The notes below the pieces were generated by a model, which saw nothing but the letters and a program-made list of their open reading frames with translations, was not told where the DNA came from and did no database searches. Below, piece after piece: positions 56,106-64,000 of a DNA stretch of 64,000 nucleotides (position 1 is its first letter; every line of letters begins with the position of its first letter). The position numbers and the translations under genes were made by a program. Source of the DNA: an uncultured Gemmatimonadales bacterium (GTDB taxonomy: Bacteria; Gemmatimonadota; Gemmatimonadetes; Longimicrobiales; Gaopeijiaceae); assembly GCA_963809895.1 (NCBI GenBank), contig CAWELD010000003.1:1088001-1152000 (forward strand), written 5' to 3'.

Positions 56106-56872
56106 GTCGTCTCCACGATGGTATCCAACGCGCGTTCGGCCGCCGCCCGGTCCACGAAGGCCTGCACCACAGGATCGGTGCTGGCGCGGAACTCGTCGGG
56201 GGTGCCGCAGAACCGGAGGCGACCCCCGTCCAGCATGGACACCCGGTCACAGATCAGGAGCCCACCCTCGATGTCGTGGGTGACCACCAGCGAGGTCACG
56301 TCCAGCTCGTCGGACAGGCGGGAGATCAGGCGCTCGACCGCGGCGGTGTTGATGGGATCGAGCCCGGTGGTGGGCTCGTCCCAGAGCAGGATGGCGGGCC
56401 GGCCCACGATGGCGCGGGCGATGCCCACACGCTTCTTCATGCCTCCGGACAGCTCCGCGGGAATCTTCTCCAGCACTTCGCGGGGGTCGAGGTTCACCAG
56501 CTCCAGGGCGCGCCACACCGCGCGGGCCGTGACCAGGCGCTGCTGCTTCAGGAGGGTCTCCTCCGGGATTCCCATGGCCACGTTGTCGAACACGTTCAGG
56601 GAATCGAAGAGTGCCGCGTTCTGGAAGACGTATCCCACCTTGCGCCGGGCCCGCTCCAGCGCCCCCTTGCCCCCGAAGTAGACCGACTCCCCGTCGATGC
56701 GAACGTCACCCCAGTCCGGGGTGATGAGGGCGATGGTGGTCTTGAGCAGCACGCTCTTGCCCGTGCCCGACGGCCCGAACAGGGCGAACATCTCGCCGGT
56801 CTCCACGGTCAGATCCACGCCGGCCAGGACCGGGTGATCGAAGGCCTTGTAGATCTGGCGATACTCGATCAT
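56102..56872 (-). CDS. mlaF: MlaF-type ABC ATPase
   Basis: GPSGTGKS, FQNAALFDSL, LSGGMKKRVG, DEPTTGLDP. Confidence 0.9.
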   Translation of the reverse strand: MIEYRQIYKAFDHPVLAGVDLTVETGEMFALFGPSGTGKSVLLKTTIALITPDWGDVRIDGESVYFGGKGALERARRKVGYVFQNAALFDSLNVFDNVAMGIPEETLLKQQRLVTARAVWRALELVNLDPREVLEKIPAELSGGMKKRVGIARAIVGRPAILLWDEPTTGLDPINTAAVERLISRLSDELDVTSLVVTHDIEGGLLICDRVSMLDGGRLRFCGTPDEFRASTDPVVQAFVDRAAAERALDTIVETT

Positions 56873-56888
56873 GGGCGGACTCGCCTCC

Positions 56889-57704
56889 TCACTGCAGCAT
56901 CAGCGGCGGGAAGAGGGCATCGAGGATGAGGATCGTCAGGGTCATGAACATCACCGCATCGGTGGTGGTCCGACCCACGCCCTCCGCCCCACCCTGCGTC
57001 CGCAGCCCCATGTGGACCGAGATCAGGGGGATGGCCAGCCCGAAGACCGCGGCCTTGGTGAAGGAGTAGAAGAGGTCCCACGAATGCCAGAACAGGCGGG
57101 CGCCGTAGTAGAACGACTCGAAGCCCAGTCCGCCGTCGAGGCGCGCAGCGAGCATGCCCGCGAGGATGCCCACCAGGTTCGCGAAACCCACCAGCGCCGG
57201 CAGCACGACCAGCCCCGCCAGGACCCGGGGCGTGGCCAGGATCGCGATGGGATCGCGTCCCAACGAGTGGAAGGCGTCGATCTGTTCGGAGACCTTCATG
57301 GTGCCGAGCTCCGCCGTGATGCGGGCGCCCACGCGGCCCACCAACACGATGGCCGTCAACACGGGCCCCATCTCCAGCACGACCGTCTCCACCACGAGGC
57401 TCCCCAGCACGTACTGGGGAATCGCGCCGGTCATCTGATAGCCGCCCTGCTGCGACGTCACGATCCCGGCCAGCGCCCCGGTGACGAACACGATGGGCAG
57501 GCTCTCCACCCCCATGACGTAGATCTGGCGCACGAACTCGCGCACCGGAAAGCGGAGCCGGGCCACCGAGAGCACGATGGACCATGCGAGCAGGCCCAGG
57601 GCCCCGGCGTGATCCAGGACCAGGTGCGTACCCCGCCCGAAGCCCCGGAACCAACGGAACACGGGGCGTGGTACGGCAGGGACCGGAGTGGGCTCCGACT
57701 TCAC
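56889..57704 (-). CDS. mlaE: MlaE-type ABC permease
   Basis: EMGPVLTA, GRVGARITAELGTMKVSEQIDA, GGAEGVGRTTT. Confidence 0.92.
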   Translation of the reverse strand: MKSEPTPVPAVPRPVFRWFRGFGRGTHLVLDHAGALGLLAWSIVLSVARLRFPVREFVRQIYVMGVESLPIVFVTGALAGIVTSQQGGYQMTGAIPQYVLGSLVVETVVLEMGPVLTAIVLVGRVGARITAELGTMKVSEQIDAFHSLGRDPIAILATPRVLAGLVVLPALVGFANLVGILAGMLAARLDGGLGFESFYYGARLFWHSWDLFYSFTKAAVFGLAIPLISVHMGLRTQGGAEGVGRTTTDAVMFMTLTILILDALFPPLMLQ

Positions 57705-57898
57705 GGAATGGCGCCGCCCGAAAGGTGGATGTCACGTGTCGGCAAAGCCCCGAAGCATCAGGAATCGACGGAGGGAAATCAAGGCGTGCCGCGGCGTGCG
57801 GGACGGGCGGCCGCTACCGCGACGGCGGTTGTGCACGGATGCCCGGATGCGTACCCTCGATGCCCTCCGAACCCCCGACGCCCCGAACCCGATCCGAC

Positions 57899-59170
57899 AT
57901 GCTCCCGACCCTCGTCCTGGCCGCCGTCATCCAGGCCCCGGGATCTCCGCAAGAGGACCGCTGGCTGAACGAGATTCGCCGCCTGCGAGAGAACCCGGCC
58001 GTAGCTCGCGCCATGGCGCTCATCGAATCCACCGACGACGAGACCATGGCGGATCTCGTGGAGCTCACCCAGATCCCCGCGCCTCCCTTCATGGAGGAGG
58101 TCCGCGCTCAGCGCGTGCTGGCGAAGTTCCAGACCCTCGGCGTCGACTCCGCGTGGATCGATGAAGAAGGCAACGTCCTGGCCCTCCGACGCGGCACGGG
58201 CGGAGGTCCGGTCCTGGCGCTCACCGGGCATCTGGACACCGTGTTCCCCGAGGGCACCGACGTGACCATCCGGGCCCGCGGCGACACGCTGTTCGCGCCG
58301 GGCGTGGCCGACGACACGCGCGGCCTGGCGACCATCCTCGCCGTGCTGCGCTCCATGAACGAGGCGGAGGTGCGCACCGCCGGCGACGTGCTCTTCGTCG
58401 CCACCGTGGGCGAGGAGGGCCTCGGGGATCTGCGCGGCGTGAAGCACCTCTTCCGCGACGGAGGTCCCCGGATCGACGCCTTCATCTCCATCGACGGCAC
58501 CAGCACGGACCGGGTCACGCACCAGGGCCTCGGTTCGCACCGCTACAAGGTCACCTTCAAGGGCCCCGGCGGACACTCCTGGGGCGCCTTCGGACTGGCG
58601 AACCCCGCCCACGCGCTGGGCCGGGCCATCGCCATGTTCGATGACGCGGCGGACGGGTTCACCTCCGACGGGCCGCGCACGAGCTACAACATCGGCCGCA
58701 TCGGTGGCGGCACCTCGGTCAACTCCATCCCTTTCGAAGCGTGGATGGAGGTGGACATGCGCTCGGAGAGCCCGGCGTCGCTGGAGCAGATCGACGCCAT
58801 CCTGCACCGTTCCGTGCAGTCGGCCCTGGAGGCCGAGAACGACGCCCGTCGCGACGGGCCCGAGCTCACCGTCGACGTGGACATGATCGGCGACCGTCCC
58901 TCGGGCGAGATCGCCGAAGACGCTCCCCTGGTTCAGCGCGCCGCGGCCGCCACGCGCCTCCTGGGCGAGACGCCCCAGCTCGGCCGTTCGTCCACCGATT
59001 CCAACGTGCCCATCGCCTCGGGCATTCCCGCGGTGACGCTGGGCGGCGGGGGTGTGGCCGGCGGCTCGCACAGTCCCGAGGAGTGGTACCTGAACGAGAA
59101 CGGGCCGCTGGGCATCCAGCGCGTCCTGCTCATCACTCTGGCCCAGGCCGGGTTGGCCCCGGCGTCGTAG
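57899..59170 (+). CDS. M20/M25/M40 family metallo-hydrolase
   Basis: GHLDTVFP, GVADD, GEEGLGDLRG, GGHSWG, STDSN, HSPEEW; start estimated. Confidence 0.87.
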   Translation: MLPTLVLAAVIQAPGSPQEDRWLNEIRRLRENPAVARAMALIESTDDETMADLVELTQIPAPPFMEEVRAQRVLAKFQTLGVDSAWIDEEGNVLALRRGTGGGPVLALTGHLDTVFPEGTDVTIRARGDTLFAPGVADDTRGLATILAVLRSMNEAEVRTAGDVLFVATVGEEGLGDLRGVKHLFRDGGPRIDAFISIDGTSTDRVTHQGLGSHRYKVTFKGPGGHSWGAFGLANPAHALGRAIAMFDDAADGFTSDGPRTSYNIGRIGGGTSVNSIPFEAWMEVDMRSESPASLEQIDAILHRSVQSALEAENDARRDGPELTVDVDMIGDRPSGEIAEDAPLVQRAAAATRLLGETPQLGRSSTDSNVPIASGIPAVTLGGGGVAGGSHSPEEWYLNENGPLGIQRVLLITLAQAGLAPAS

Positions 59171-59199
59171 GAGCCCCCCTTCCCCGAACGGAGAGCCCC

Positions 59200-60093
59200 A
59201 TGATCCCCTCCCGCATGACTCCATTCCTGACCACGCTCACCCTGTGTGCCCTGCTGGCCGCGTGCGGCGGGTCCGACGCCGGTGGAGAGTCCGACAGCGA
59301 CGACATGGCGGCCGGGTCCGCACCGGCCGGTCCCCGGGTCGCGCTGGCGCCCACCGCCGACGATCAGCTGCCACCGGCCATCCTGGGCAACGGAGGCCCC
59401 CTGCAGGGGGTCGACATCCACTACGTCCAGGGAGACACGGCCACCACCGGATACCTGGCCGTGCCCGAGGGCCCCGGGCCCTTCCCCGCCCTGGTCATCG
59501 TGCACGAGTGGGACGGACTCAAGGACCGCGTGCGCCAGGTGGCCGATGACCTTGCGGCCGAGGGGTACGTGGTGCTCGCCGCCGACCTGTACGAGGGCCG
59601 CACCGGTGAGTCCAGCGAAGAGAACATGGCCCTGGTGCAGGAGGTGCGCGCCAACCAGGAGAAGATGATCTCGAACCTGGACGCGGCCGTGGCGTCTCTG
59701 CGGGCCCGTCCCGACGTCACGGGCCGGGTCGGGGCCATGGGCTGGTGCTTCGGTGGCGGCGTGGCCCTCTCCTTCGGCCTGGACGGGGTCAACCACGAAG
59801 CCACCGCCATCTTCTACGGCCAGCTCGTCGACGATCCCGAGGTCCTGGCCCGCATGTCGCACGAGGTGTACGGCACCTTCGCCGCCCTGGACGGCGGCAT
59901 CCCGCCCGAGGCCGTGGAGAGCTTCGTGGCCGCGCTCCGCGAGGCCGGCGTGGAGAACGACGTCCACGTCTACGACGACGTCAACCACGGCTTCTGGCTG
60001 CGGGTGGACCAGGACCCGGAGACCCGGACCGCCCCAGCGCTGGACGCGTGGCAGCGCCTCAAGGCCTACCTGGACCGTACCCTGGGCGGCTGA
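59200..60093 (+). CDS. Dienelactone hydrolase family lipoprotein
   Basis: Lipobox LAAC; HEWDGL, GWCFGG, HGF. Confidence 0.87.
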   Translation: MIPSRMTPFLTTLTLCALLAACGGSDAGGESDSDDMAAGSAPAGPRVALAPTADDQLPPAILGNGGPLQGVDIHYVQGDTATTGYLAVPEGPGPFPALVIVHEWDGLKDRVRQVADDLAAEGYVVLAADLYEGRTGESSEENMALVQEVRANQEKMISNLDAAVASLRARPDVTGRVGAMGWCFGGGVALSFGLDGVNHEATAIFYGQLVDDPEVLARMSHEVYGTFAALDGGIPPEAVESFVAALREAGVENDVHVYDDVNHGFWLRVDQDPETRTAPALDAWQRLKAYLDRTLGG

Positions 60094-60112
60094 GCGGTTC
60101 GGGGCAGCCGCG

Positions 60113-62803
60113 TCACTCGGCCTGGAGGGCCTCGGCGGGATCCACCCGCGTGGCCCTCCGGGCCGGAATCCAGGAGGCCAGCAGGGTCGCGAGCACGAGC
60201 ACGCCCGCCGCCGCCGCCAGCGTCGCCGGATCCCCCGCGGCCACGCCGTACAGGAGGGACTCCATGACCCGCCCCAGCCCCCAGGCTCCCGCCAGCCCCA
60301 GGGCGACACCCAGCGCGACGATGCGGAGGGTGTGCCCGAGCACGAGGTTCCGCACCTGGCTCGCCTGTGCACCCAGGGCCATGCGCAGCCCCAGCTCGCC
60401 CCGGCGGGTGCCCACCTGGTACGAGACCACGCCGTAGAGGCCCGCGAGCCCCAGGACCAGCGCGGTGAAGGCGGCGATCCCGAGCAGCAGGAGCGTGAAG
60501 GTGGTGCGTACGGTGGAGCGGGCCACCACCTCGGTCACGGGACCTTCGATGGTCACCGGAACGTCGGGATCCAGCGCCGCGACGGTCTGGCGGACCTGAC
60601 CGGCCAGGGCTCCCTCCCCGCCCACGTTGCCGCGCACGAGCAGCGTCAGCGAATGGGGCGCCCATCCCTCGCCGTAGGCACCGAGCATGGGATAGTAGAT
60701 CTGCTCGATGGGGTCGGCGGCCGGTCCCTCCGCGCGCACGGCGCCCACCACTCCCACGACGCGATAGAAGCCGAAGCCGGGACGCATGGGCCCGGGCCGA
60801 ACCGCCTTCCCCAGAGGATCCTCGCCAGGCCACAGGCGCTGGGCGAGGTTCTCGCTGACCACGGCCACGGGAAGCCGGTTCGCGGCGTCGGCCGACTCCA
60901 GGAATCGGCCCTCGACCAGGGGGATCGACAGCAGGCTGCGGTACTCGGCGCTGGCACTGGTGCTCTGAGGCACGCAGGGCGGGAGCTCGTCGGCGCCCAG
61001 GACCACGCCTTCGACGTAGAGCGAGGTGCATCCCCGGGTTCCGTCGCTGATGGGCGTGGGCCCCACCGCTGCGGACGCCACGCCGGGGAGGGCCCGAAGG
61101 CGCCCGAGCAGATCTTCGACGAAGACGCGGGCTTCCTCCTCGGGGTAGACGTCGGCCGGGACCGAGACGTGGGCCGCCAGCACCCCGGCGGATCGGAACC
61201 CGAGGTCCACGGACCGAAGACTCCGGAAGGTACGAACCATGAGGGCAGCGCCCGACAGGAGCACCAGGGCGAGCGCCACCTGGGCGACCACCAGCCGCCC
61301 CCGCACGGCGCTGCCCTGTGCGCCCTGCGTCCCCCGGCTCACGAGGGCATCACTTCCACCCCGTCCGAGCCGCAGGCGCGGGTAGAGCCCCAGCGCCAGC
61401 GCTCCCAGGAGGGCGAGGACGAGCACCAGGCCCACGGTGGCGCCCCCCATGGACAGGCCGTCGAGGCGCGGAATGCTCGGCGGCGTCAGCGCCACCAGCG
61501 TCCGCACGCCCCACCAGGCCAGCACGAGGCCCAGAGCCCCGGCCGCCAGGCACACGACCAACGCCTCGGCCACGAACAGGCGGACGAGCTGCCCGCCCGA
61601 CGCCCCCAGCGCCGTGCGCACGGCCACCTCCCTTCGCCGGCTCTCGGTCCGAACCAGGAAGAGATTGGCGACGTTGCCCAGGGCGACCAGCAGCACGATG
61701 CCCACCGCTCCGAGCAGGATCCACAGCGCCCGCTCCACCCCGCCCACCACCTCGTCGCGCAACGAGCGGGCGTGGCTCCGCAACCCGAACTGATCGACCA
61801 GAGTCGAGAAGAACGGGAAGGCTTCGAGCTGCAGGCCCTGCAGGCGTTCGACCTCGGCGGTGGCGGCCGACAGGTCGAGTCCCGGTGCCAGGCGCGCCAG
61901 CACGGACAGTCGGAACTGATCGGTGGCGGGCTCGGTGGCGCGCAGAGCCAGCGGCGTCCACAGCTCGACCCGAACCGTCGGCAGCTCGACATCCCGCGCC
62001 ATCACGCCCACGACCTCGCGAGGCACGCCGTCCACCTCCACCGTGCGTCCCACCACGGCCGCGTCACCCCCGTAGCGTCGCTGCCAGAGCCCCCACGACA
62101 GGACGGTCACGGGCGCCGCCGCGGGACGATCGTCGGTGTCGTCGAACAACCGGCCGACGGCGGCGGTGGCGCCCAGCATTTCCAACAGGCTGGCCGTGGC
62201 ATGGGCCGTCCGCACCTCGGTGGCCGGCGCGCTTCCGCCCAGGACCACGCTCGCCGTCTGGTAGGCGCCCATGGCCTCGAACGCCCGCGTCTGGTCCCGG
62301 AAGAGCTGGTACTCCTGACGGGTCAGCGGCCAGTCCCCCCGGTCGGCGCCCGGCACGGTCATGGTGTGGTAGACCGTGACGATGCGTGCGGCGCCCGGAT
62401 ACGGAAGGGGGCGCAGGAGGACCGCGTCCACCACCGTGAAGATGGCCGCGGCCGCACCCAGCCCCACCCCCAGCGTGACGATGGAGATCCCGAAGAACCC
62501 CGGCGCCCGGAGCGTGCCCCTCGCCGCCCGCGTGATGTCCTTGACCATGCCCCTCATCCCTTCCCCCCATGTGGTTGTCTTCGCCCCGAACCCGCGTGAT
62601 CTCGCCCCGTCGATACGGCGGAGCGTCCAGGCGTCGGCCAGCGCGCCCATGGCCAGCCGCACGTCGCCCGAGCCGGCGCGCTGGCGGGCCGCGGCGAGCT
62701 CGGCCCGCCATTCCCTCAACCAGGCCGCCCGGCGTCGGGACGGCACCAGCCAGGCCCACACCTCCACGAGCCGGCGTGCCAGCCCACCCCCTTTGGGCCC
62801 CAT
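60113..62803 (-). CDS. Duplicated MacB/FtsX-type orphan ABC permease (ADOP-like)
   Basis: Two MacB-periplasmic/FtsX units (RRREVAVRTALGA; RRGELGLRMALGA), IPARRATRVDP end; no adjacent ATPase. Confidence 0.85.
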   Translation of the reverse strand: MGPKGGGLARRLVEVWAWLVPSRRRAAWLREWRAELAAARQRAGSGDVRLAMGALADAWTLRRIDGARSRGFGAKTTTWGEGMRGMVKDITRAARGTLRAPGFFGISIVTLGVGLGAAAAIFTVVDAVLLRPLPYPGAARIVTVYHTMTVPGADRGDWPLTRQEYQLFRDQTRAFEAMGAYQTASVVLGGSAPATEVRTAHATASLLEMLGATAAVGRLFDDTDDRPAAAPVTVLSWGLWQRRYGGDAAVVGRTVEVDGVPREVVGVMARDVELPTVRVELWTPLALRATEPATDQFRLSVLARLAPGLDLSAATAEVERLQGLQLEAFPFFSTLVDQFGLRSHARSLRDEVVGGVERALWILLGAVGIVLLVALGNVANLFLVRTESRRREVAVRTALGASGGQLVRLFVAEALVVCLAAGALGLVLAWWGVRTLVALTPPSIPRLDGLSMGGATVGLVLVLALLGALALGLYPRLRLGRGGSDALVSRGTQGAQGSAVRGRLVVAQVALALVLLSGAALMVRTFRSLRSVDLGFRSAGVLAAHVSVPADVYPEEEARVFVEDLLGRLRALPGVASAAVGPTPISDGTRGCTSLYVEGVVLGADELPPCVPQSTSASAEYRSLLSIPLVEGRFLESADAANRLPVAVVSENLAQRLWPGEDPLGKAVRPGPMRPGFGFYRVVGVVGAVRAEGPAADPIEQIYYPMLGAYGEGWAPHSLTLLVRGNVGGEGALAGQVRQTVAALDPDVPVTIEGPVTEVVARSTVRTTFTLLLLGIAAFTALVLGLAGLYGVVSYQVGTRRGELGLRMALGAQASQVRNLVLGHTLRIVALGVALGLAGAWGLGRVMESLLYGVAAGDPATLAAAAGVLVLATLLASWIPARRATRVDPAEALQAE

Positions 62804-62810
62804 GGCCTGG

Positions 62811-63137
62811 TCAGCCCCCCTGATCCGGCGCGAGCCCCAGGATCCGCTGCTGCGCGCGCACCCGCTCCAGCGCTTCCGACCTGGCCTCGTCGCCCGCCGG
62901 CGTGAGCGCATAGTACCGGCGTGCGGGCCGCCCCGAGCGGTGCGCCTCCTCGTCCTCCTCCCAGGAAGCCCTCACGAGGCCGTCGGCCTCCATGCGTCGC
63001 AGCGCCGGATAGACGGTTCCGCTGGACAGCCCGGTCCGTTCGATGATCTCCAGGCCGTAGCGGCACCCCCCGGCCAACGCCGATAGCACCAGGGTGGCAT
63101 TGTAGCCCAGTGCGCTCTCTCGTCGGTCGCCCCTCAT
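62811..63137 (-). CDS. PadR family transcriptional regulator
   Basis: YGLEI, SGTVYPALRRMEADGLV, PARRYYALT. Confidence 0.92.
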   Translation of the reverse strand: MRGDRRESALGYNATLVLSALAGGCRYGLEIIERTGLSSGTVYPALRRMEADGLVRASWEEDEEAHRSGRPARRYYALTPAGDEARSEALERVRAQQRILGLAPDQGG

Positions 63138-63161
63138 CTGCTCGCTCCGTCGCCGTGCGTA

Positions 63162-63210
63162 GGCTATATCGGTTTCGCTGTAGCCTAGTATATCTATTTC
63201 GACATAGCCC
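63162..63210. promoter_or_regulatory. Putative tandem PadR operator
   Basis: Two 21-mers 24 bp apart (16/21 identical), each an imperfect palindrome, in an AT-rich patch upstream of padR. Confidence 0.55.
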
Positions 63211-63338
63211 GGCAACAGGGGGCCCGGCGGCTACGGTACGAGACCGGCTCTCCGCTCCCGGACGCGCGACGGGGCCATCGGCCGAGCGGCCGATGACCCC
63301 GACGGTTCTCGCTTCCTCGGCGTCCTCCCGCAGGCGAT

Positions 63339-64000
63339 CTACATACCGCCCTCGTGGGCGCCGTAGTAGATGGCGTTGAACACCAGCGGGAAGGTGGCGT
63401 GCGTCTGGCCACGGAAGGTCACTTCGGGACCGAACATGAACAGCTTGCCGTCGCCCAGGTCGGCCTCGACGAAGGGGGCACCCCCCTCCAGCCGTTCCTG
63501 CCCCCACGCCCACCCGCTGCGCAACGGGTGCGGCGAATCGAAATGGGCCAGCGCGCGGACGCCCTGCGCCCCCGGGGCGACCTTGAACACCGGGCTGTTG
63601 CTGAACATCACGTCCACCCGGTCACCCATGCCCGTGGTGACCGGGCTCTGCTCCAGCGCGACACTCAGGAGCGAGCCCGGAATGTAGTAGTCCTCCCGCC
63701 GGGGCATCTCTCCGTTCACCTCGAGCTGCATGCCCACCGGCAGCTCGGCCCGCTCGGCCAGGCTGGTGGAGCTGCCGATGGCGATGATGGCCCCACCGTC
63801 GCGGCCGAACTCCATGATCTGCGGGATCGTGGTCTCCTCGGTGATGCTACCGAGTCGATCGCGGTACTCCTCCGGAATGCTGGAGGCGAAGTCGTCGGGC
63901 ATGCCTCCGAAGCGTCGGCCGCCGCCGCTGGCCGAGCGGATGGCGCCGTCGGGAAAGATGAGCACGTCGTAGCTGTCGCGCAGATTCCCGGCGTCGAGCT
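63339..64000 (-). CDS. C-terminal part of a large protein, probably an M14-type peptidase with a class I glutamine amidotransferase-like domain (5' end outside window)
   Basis: YDVLIFPDG, YIPGSLL, LRSGWAWG, FRGQTHATFPLVFNA. Confidence 0.65.
   Translation of the reverse strand, partial: LDAGNLRDSYDVLIFPDGAIRSASGGGRRFGGMPDDFASSIPEEYRDRLGSITEETTIPQIMEFGRDGGAIIAIGSSTSLAERAELPVGMQLEVNGEMPRREDYYIPGSLLSVALEQSPVTTGMGDRVDVMFSNSPVFKVAPGAQGVRALAHFDSPHPLRSGWAWGQERLEGGAPFVEADLGDGKLFMFGPEVTFRGQTHATFPLVFNAIYYGAHEGGM

Overview
High-GC chromosomal core region of a diderm bacterium. Gene order and protein families suggest Gemmatimonadota; this is an inference, and classifying the 16S would settle it. Most genes are on the minus strand. 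The first 19 kb is a tightly coupled cluster: era, porV-like, DUF5683-like, rnr, GGDEF, zinc-ribbon, prfB, lysS, lolC/E, lolD, mcsA, mcsB, clpC, bamA, skp. It is followed by a complete 16S-23S-5S operon with no spacer tRNAs, four tRNAs (His, Arg-UCU, Pro-UGG and a selenocysteine tRNA), fluC/DUF190/ppk1/ppx, rph/rdgB/hldC/lptE, lpxH, deoC/ALDH16-like/Rrf2, secreted hydrolases, mlaEFD, a second Omp85 fused to a zinc-metallopeptidase and beta-propeller, and a PadR plus orphan duplicated permease. I found no integrase, transposase, CRISPR array or defence island, and I cannot claim a clearly new system. The best leads are: (i) a ~90 bp duplication of the 5S rRNA 3' end plus terminator that brackets a ~125 bp palindromic element, (ii) the peptidase-propeller-Omp85 fusion, (iii) a Cys-motif BNR lipoprotein coupled to a TlpA redoxin, (iv) a stand-alone tRNA-Sec, and (v) a possible LolB-like lipoprotein beside lptE. 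prfB has the canonical programmed +1 frameshift. lysS and the ALDH each carry a 1-nt homopolymer frameshift that is probably an assembly error.
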